From NCBI GenBank assembly GCA_019058275.1, contig JAHLVW010000079.1, forward strand, positions 1 through 43,764: a DNA stretch of 43,764 bases, written 5' to 3'. The notes beneath the pieces were generated by a model, which was given only the letters and a program-made list of their open reading frames with translations, did no database searches and had not been told where the DNA came from. A program made the translations under genes and the position numbers. This document shows, one piece after another, positions 39,101 to 43,764 of the stretch (position 1 is its first letter; the number at the start of each line of letters is the position of its first letter). The stretch comes from Candidatus Heimdallarchaeota archaeon. Lineage in GTDB: Archaea > Asgardarchaeota > Heimdallarchaeia > JABLTI01.

Positions 39101-39551
39101 CAATGTGCCTATATTCTGGTTGCTACCACTAATGCTGTTCTCAATATTAATGGGATTAGGATTGGATTATGATATTTTTCTGGTAACGAGAATAAAGGAA
39201 TATTATGATAAAGGTTTAAGTAATAAAGATGCCATTGCTCAAGCTCTTAATCATACAGCTTCAATTATTACTTCTTGTGGAACAGTTATGGCTGCAGCCT
39301 ACTCAACTCTAATAATCTCTCGTTTGTGGCATTTACGTGAATTAGGTTTTGCATTTGCTATAGCAATAATCCTAGATGCTACTTTAATTAGACTCATAGT
39401 AGTTCCTGCGATGATGGTTTTGTTGGAGAAACTGAATTGGAAAGGACCTAAATGGCTGATGAAACGGAGACATTATTCACCAGAGATAGCAAATTCATCT
39501 GAAAATAGTAATGAAATAATTACCTTAGATGATAAGATGGTTAAAAGATAA
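36150..39551 (+). CDS. MMPL/RND-family lipid transporter
   Basis: Two TM bundles with GAGVDY.IF..SRY.EE and GLGLDYDIFL.TRIKE motifs; a very large first extracellular loop. Confidence 0.95.
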   Translation: MNSLEKERKSEKKKPRFQRLGIFVTDNYKIILIVWLFILGSAVYPAIRLQKVLSYNELEFLPDNLEYHEGEVIFNELFPSNSTGNTIIVIQSNSSITSQEILDYIEALTERIYQDYSDSILDLQSILTVFNGYNDSYWDLMNSAKLILNETLYNEINIANQAMYTAKTEIEDLWNQISVLYLLSWFNISRTYYYGVYNTSLFDSGPSSSVYQTVALETNFTDDMSITEEYIDLVYNSILSNLPDPYLLNDQELHGIVLEIVNATLFQEINDVESMSIETYNEEIYPYLFAYYNNWTDAFYQQITDMRYSIVNGTHLSSNMYSNTTIPNAYLSQNIVLATLQSINNTSYSGFDVKSIILLETLESLDMTILIEEFVTYLPISIEELESNIEPLLPIFVEQIYNLGPNPSTLALTTLTTEMINQITDIITLLYPPIESIDDLPEIVSQWVLSEDGKTSLLLVMYNGFGKTLDEIDQMVKAGDAGIGQLAHDLADEMNLVGTNIYHTGDEMVTNTWVTLTGEDAMIIDIFTIVFVLIILLVVFCSIVAPLIPLIAIGSSITVSMAILWFISFGMDIHFLAVLFLTITSLGAGVDYCIFIFSRYNEERKKDYTKQEAMITAMTYAGESVFHSGLTVMVGFGAMIIPNFPLLRVLGIAMVVGITISMSSALIVVPAMIMLLGDVVWWPRILQVVFRPQKWFKGKEKATLENELENVPEGTSIIKKKENEQQEHKKNIMIRFSNFITKNGLIITTLTLVSVVPFIYFTATMETSTDFMGMLPKDFEGTIGRYILSEAMTVGDPTSINILFYDLNQSPLEYDLRIQTAIITESLMTIDHVSTIRATVRPLGLLMIDAIDGPFESYTRSFVGKDNRSMLIEIYIDKSPYAKETEDFLSILPTILTDLIDSRNLDLIAEGKIHYLGYGQALYEIKQVTDGSYPIVIPIVIVGVYLVLFFLFGSYFTPIRLILTITMGIGITLGLLQLVFAIGFNVPIFWLLPLMLFSILMGLGLDYDIFLVTRIKEYYDKGLSNKDAIAQALNHTASIITSCGTVMAAAYSTLIISRLWHLRELGFAFAIAIILDATLIRLIVVPAMMVLLEKLNWKGPKWLMKRRHYSPEIANSSENSNEIITLDDKMVKR

Positions 39552-39720
39552 AGTAAAAATGTTAAAATATGCTTTAGCAACAATTGCAAAAAAATCACAA
39601 TTCTTTTATTCTAATTGTTTTGCCGATTAAGTAGAATTTAATTAGTTACTTAGTTGACGAATAAATTCATTGCAAAAAAGCAATTGTTTAAATTTGTATA
39701 ATTAAGGAGAAAACAAAATA

Positions 39721-42423
39721 ATGACGAATAAATATGTTTATTCATTTGATGAAGGAAAAGCAGATATGAAAAATCTCCTTGGAGGAAAAGGAGCCAATTT
39801 ATCAGAAATGACAAATTTAGGCATTCCAGTTCCACCAGGTTTTACGATTACAACTGAAACTTGTATCGAATACTTAGCAAATAAAAATACTTTTCCAAAA
39901 GATATGCTAGCACAAGCTGACAAAGCATTGGCAAATCTTGAGAAAAAGATGGGTAAAAAACTAGGTGACCCAAAAGATCCTTTGTTAGTTAGTGTTCGAA
40001 GTGGTGCAAGAATCAGTATGCCAGGAATGATGGATACTGTCCTTAATCTTGGTTTAAATGATAAAGCAGTTAAAGGTATTGCTGAAGTCTCTGAAGATGA
40101 AAGATTTGCTTATGATTCATATAGAAGATTCATCATGATGTTCGGTGATGTAGTAAAGTACATTGAAAGAAAGAAATTTGATGAACTCCTAAACAAAATG
40201 AAAGAAGAAAAAAACGTTCAAGATGATTTAGATCTATCTACTGACGACTTGAAAGAACTAGTGGAACAATTCAAACAATTGTACAAAGACAAACTAGGTA
40301 AAGACTTCCCTCAAGATCCTAAAATTCAATTACAAGATTCTATCCATGCAGTTTTCGCATCATGGAATAATGAAAGAGCTATTAATTATCGTAACCATGA
40401 AGGCATTCCACATGACATGGGGACAGCAATAAATGTTCAAGTCATGGTTTATGGTAATCTTGGCAAGAACAGTGCTACTGGTGTTGCATTTACTCGTAAT
40501 CCATCAAATGGTGCTAAAGAAAGATTTGGAGAATACCTAACGCAAGCACAAGGTGAAGATGTAGTTGCTGGTATAAGAACACCAAAACAAATTGCTAAAT
40601 TGAAAGAAGAAATGCCTAAGATGTATAAAGAATTTGATGAAATCTGTGAGAACCTTGAGAAACATTACAGTGATATTCAAGACGTTGAATTTACCGTTCA
40701 ACAAGGCAAATTCTTTATGTTGCAAACAAGAACAGGTAAGAGAACTGGTATAGCAGCAGCAAAAATCGCATATGACCTAGTTAATGAAGGTATGATCGAT
40801 AAGAGAACTGCTGTAAGCAGAATTACTCCAAGGGATGTTGAAAATACTCTTTTCCCACAAATTGATTGGAAGAATCCTAAACAAGAAATTGTTGTAATCG
40901 AAGGTAAGGAAGTAAAAGCACAAGCATTTGCTAAAGGTTTGCCAGCAAGTCCAGGTGCAGCAACAGGTATTGCTATGTTTAGTGCAGACAAAGCAAAAGA
41001 GGAAGCTGATAAAGGAAATCCAGTTATACTTGTTAGTGAAGAAACTAGTCCTGAAGACTTTCATGGCATGGCTGCTAGCGAAGGTATTATTACTGCTCGA
41101 GGTGGAATGACCTCCCATGCAGCAGTTGTTTCAAGGCAAATAGGAACAACTTGTATTGCTGGTGCGGGAGATGTTTCAGGCATGCACTTTTTTGGCTTAA
41201 GTGTTATTGGAATGAATGACATTGAAGTTAAAGAGGGAGAATGGATGACTCTAGATGGATTTGAAGCAGTTGCTTACAAAGGTAAATTACCATTGAAGAA
41301 ATCAGAATTATCAGATGAAATGAAAACAATTCTTAAATGGGCTGATGAAATAGCTATCAAAGAAGGAAAAGGCTTCCATGTAAGAACTAATGCTGATAAA
41401 CCAGATCAAACTAAAGTTGCTATTGATTATGGAGCTTTAGGTGTTGGTCTTGCAAGAACTGAACATATGTTTATGGAAAAAGATAGATTGCCTATCGTAC
41501 AAAAAATGATTTTAGCAAGAGATTCTCCAGAGATAAGAAGAAAATACGTTTTTGAACTTCTACCATTCCAAAGAGGAGATTTTGAAGGAATTTTCAGAGA
41601 AGCAAAAGGTTATCCAGTTACTATTAGATTAATTGATCCACCTCTACACGAATTCTTACCAGATGAAATTGAATTACTCGAGAAAATCTGGAAGAACAAA
41701 TTACCAGTAGATTCTGAAGAAGCGAAGCTCTTAAGAGAGGTTCAAGCAACCAAAGAATCGAATCCAATGATGGGATTCAGAGGTGTCAGATTATGCTTAG
41801 GTATTCCTGAATTAATCGAAATGCAATCAAGAGCAATTCTTGAAGCAGCCTCTAATGTTAAAAAAGAAGGACAAGATGTTTATCCTGAAATCATGGTCCC
41901 AGTCGTCGGATTTGTAAAAGAATTCGAACTTGCTAAAGATATCATTATGAAAACAAAAGATGCTGTTGAGAAAGAATCAGGTGTTAAACTTGACAAATTC
42001 AAAGTTGGCACTATGATTGAAGTTCCACGTGCAGCACTTGTTTCTCAACAAATAGCTGAAACAGGTTGTCAATTCTTCAGCTTCGGTACTAACGATTTAC
42101 ATCAAATGGGCTTAGGATTCTCCCGTGACGATGCTGCTAAGTTTATCGGTTTGTATCTTGAACTTGGAATTCTTGAAGAAAATCCATTCGTTTCCATTGA
42201 GCAATCTGGTATTGGTCAGCTTATGGAAATGACTGTTGAAGGTGGTCGTAAGGGTTACAAAGAAATTGAGATTGGTATCTGTGGTGAACAAGGTGGTGAA
42301 CCAAAATCAATTGATTTCTGTTATAGAATTGGTTTGGATTACGTCAGTTGTTCTCCATTAAGAGTTCCTGTAGCCCGTTTAGCAGCAGCTCATGCGGTTA
42401 TTACTAATGGTCCAAGAAAATGA
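39721..42423 (+). CDS. ppdK: Pyruvate, phosphate dikinase
   Basis: LLGGKGANL, LVSVRSGA..SMPGMMDT.LNLG, AQGEDVVAGIRTP, RGGMTSHAAVV (phospho-His), FSFGTNDL, GICGE.GG.P. Confidence 0.98.
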   Translation: MTNKYVYSFDEGKADMKNLLGGKGANLSEMTNLGIPVPPGFTITTETCIEYLANKNTFPKDMLAQADKALANLEKKMGKKLGDPKDPLLVSVRSGARISMPGMMDTVLNLGLNDKAVKGIAEVSEDERFAYDSYRRFIMMFGDVVKYIERKKFDELLNKMKEEKNVQDDLDLSTDDLKELVEQFKQLYKDKLGKDFPQDPKIQLQDSIHAVFASWNNERAINYRNHEGIPHDMGTAINVQVMVYGNLGKNSATGVAFTRNPSNGAKERFGEYLTQAQGEDVVAGIRTPKQIAKLKEEMPKMYKEFDEICENLEKHYSDIQDVEFTVQQGKFFMLQTRTGKRTGIAAAKIAYDLVNEGMIDKRTAVSRITPRDVENTLFPQIDWKNPKQEIVVIEGKEVKAQAFAKGLPASPGAATGIAMFSADKAKEEADKGNPVILVSEETSPEDFHGMAASEGIITARGGMTSHAAVVSRQIGTTCIAGAGDVSGMHFFGLSVIGMNDIEVKEGEWMTLDGFEAVAYKGKLPLKKSELSDEMKTILKWADEIAIKEGKGFHVRTNADKPDQTKVAIDYGALGVGLARTEHMFMEKDRLPIVQKMILARDSPEIRRKYVFELLPFQRGDFEGIFREAKGYPVTIRLIDPPLHEFLPDEIELLEKIWKNKLPVDSEEAKLLREVQATKESNPMMGFRGVRLCLGIPELIEMQSRAILEAASNVKKEGQDVYPEIMVPVVGFVKEFELAKDIIMKTKDAVEKESGVKLDKFKVGTMIEVPRAALVSQQIAETGCQFFSFGTNDLHQMGLGFSRDDAAKFIGLYLELGILEENPFVSIEQSGIGQLMEMTVEGGRKGYKEIEIGICGEQGGEPKSIDFCYRIGLDYVSCSPLRVPVARLAAAHAVITNGPRK

Positions 42424-42432
42424 ACTTCGGAT

Positions 42433-42470
42433 GAAGAATGAGAGACTTTTCTCTCTTCTTTTTTTCTTTT
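42433..42470 (+). terminator. Hairpin plus T-tract terminator after ppdK
   Basis: GAGAGA-CTTT-TCTCTC followed by TTCTTTTTTTCTTTT. Confidence 0.6.
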
Positions 42471-42552
42471 CAATTATTTCTATCCTGATTGTGACTTTTC
42501 TGTAAATATATAAGATAATACAACGAAAAATACTATGGTGTTCTTTAACTGT

Positions 42553-43365
42553 TTAGTATTTATTCTTGATCCTATATTTCACACAACCAAGTCCTGCTGT
42601 TCGGTTTGCTCCCACATTACTAAATTCTGCGAATTGCGCTAAAGCATGGATCCAGCGTCGATAATCTTCCTCTCCTGAGAGTTGGTATCTTACCCATCCC
42701 TTAAAACCGATTTTTGGTGCATTCTTAGCAATATATACTGAATGAGTGCTCAGGTTATAAGCATTGATCGAGATGTGATTTTCTAACCATGAAAATAATC
42801 CTGTTTTGTCGACCATAGCTTGCTCTTCATTAAAAGCATTCCATAAAGTTGCTAGGTTCATAAAAACATACCGTGGATCAGGATAGCGCAGCGGAAAATC
42901 TTGTTTTGCTATGTTGAAATAGGTTGGTGTAAGAAAGGATAGCGAAAATGTTGATGGTAACTGTTCTATTTCCATCAGCAACTCCTTAACGCTCTTTTTC
43001 TTTATCTCTATACTTACAACATTGAACTCCCCTTCAGCTAATTGTAATTTTATTTCATCTTTTTGCAGAGAGATTTTGACCATTCGTTCAGCTAGTTTCT
43101 GTGTTAAAATTCCTAGTCTGAATTTTAATGACAATCCGTCTTCTACAATTATTTCCCCCCTTCTGGTTCTCTTCAATCGTTTGTCAAAAGGAATTAGTGG
43201 TGATAATCCATAAGGTCGTATTTTATTTCCCACATGCATTTTATCAGCAAATTCACTGTCAAAATTCTTTATAGTTTGTAATATTGCTCCCCTTATTAGC
43301 TGACCTGTAAAAGAAGGAAGTAAGCAATTTGTTCTTGCTTTTAGTATAAATTCAAAATTATACAT
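42553..43365 (-). CDS. cas6: CRISPR pre-crRNA endoribonuclease Cas6
   Basis: RAMP features RPYGLSPL, FLTPT, GFKG and the C-terminal glycine loop NVGANRTAGLG. Confidence 0.93.
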   Translation of the reverse strand: MYNFEFILKARTNCLLPSFTGQLIRGAILQTIKNFDSEFADKMHVGNKIRPYGLSPLIPFDKRLKRTRRGEIIVEDGLSLKFRLGILTQKLAERMVKISLQKDEIKLQLAEGEFNVVSIEIKKKSVKELLMEIEQLPSTFSLSFLTPTYFNIAKQDFPLRYPDPRYVFMNLATLWNAFNEEQAMVDKTGLFSWLENHISINAYNLSTHSVYIAKNAPKIGFKGWVRYQLSGEEDYRRWIHALAQFAEFSNVGANRTAGLGCVKYRIKNKY

Positions 43366-43387
43366 ATCTCCACCACTTGAATTTCTC

Positions 43388-43764
43388 CTATAATAGTAAT
43401 CCTCTCTCTGGATTATAGGGAATTTGTGCTATATAATAGTCATTCCACTTTTTAATTTGATTCTTATCCTTTAATTTCATGAAATGATTCGTTGAAATGC
43501 TGACAATTATTTCGGGTATTAAATACTCTCTTTTATTATCCACATGTGATCTCAATTCTTCTTCATAATACTCCGGTATAATCTCATAAGAATCAAACAA
43601 CTCATAGAATTCTTCTTTTTTATGATGTCCCAAGAATGGAAAACACTGTTCTCTTACCTTTCGGAATTCCACAAAAATCTTATTGAAAGTATTATTTTCT
43701 TCTTCTGTATAACCTTGTTCATAGACTTTTTCTACTAGATTTCTTACAATAAGTTCATTTAGAT
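43388..43764 (-). CDS. cas3: C-terminal part of a probable Cas3 helicase-nuclease (type I-B-like), truncated by the window edge
   Basis: The frame is open to the window end (LNELIVRNLVEKVY...), so the GTG at 43672 is internal. LVEKVY...F..LFDS.EIIP...YNPERGLL resembles Cas3 C-termini, and it lies 22 bp upstream of cas6. Confidence 0.65.
   Translation of the reverse strand, partial: LNELIVRNLVEKVYEQGYTEEENNTFNKIFVEFRKVREQCFPFLGHHKKEEFYELFDSYEIIPEYYEEELRSHVDNKREYLIPEIIVSISTNHFMKLKDKNQIKKWNDYYIAQIPYNPERGLLL

Noticed and set aside
42424-42552. Possible CRISPR array next to cas6
   Set aside because: No regularly spaced direct repeats here or anywhere else in the window; only a terminator hairpin.
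2195-43213. Many short antisense or overlapping ORFs in the ORF track (e.g. 2195-2428, 8292-8552, 13375-13713, 15510-15854, 30823-31110, 38006-38368, 40777-41118)
   Set aside because: They are shadows of well-supported genes, with no recognisable motifs.

Overview
AT-rich archaeal chromosome segment, most likely an Asgard archaeon. This is an inference from the archaeal rpl7ae-rps28e-rpl24e genes, the archaeal SRP RNA, a Rpn11-like JAMM protein and kynureninase, which together point to Heimdallarchaeia. It holds about 32 intact CDSs: housekeeping genes (fni, r-proteins, tRNA thiolase, site-2 protease, pepF, kynU, aor, ppdK), a tandem pair of LVIVD surface proteins, a TetR/MMPL lipid-handling region, and the 3' edge of a type I CRISPR-Cas operon (Cas3 C-terminus plus cas6, no array in the window). 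Several features are missing from the ORF track: the SRP RNA (6866-7172, minus strand), a frameshifted GNAT gene, an aconitase C-terminal remnant, a K-turn-like rpl7ae leader, a perfect 24-bp TetR operator and an 82%-identical duplicated promoter. The best candidate for an undescribed system is a 1620-aa double UvrA. Its two halves have lost complementary accessory domains, and it is translationally coupled to a QW-repeat alpha/alpha-barrel protein. The second candidate is a tail-anchored Rpn11-like JAMM isopeptidase. All calls are from motif reading; no database searches were run.
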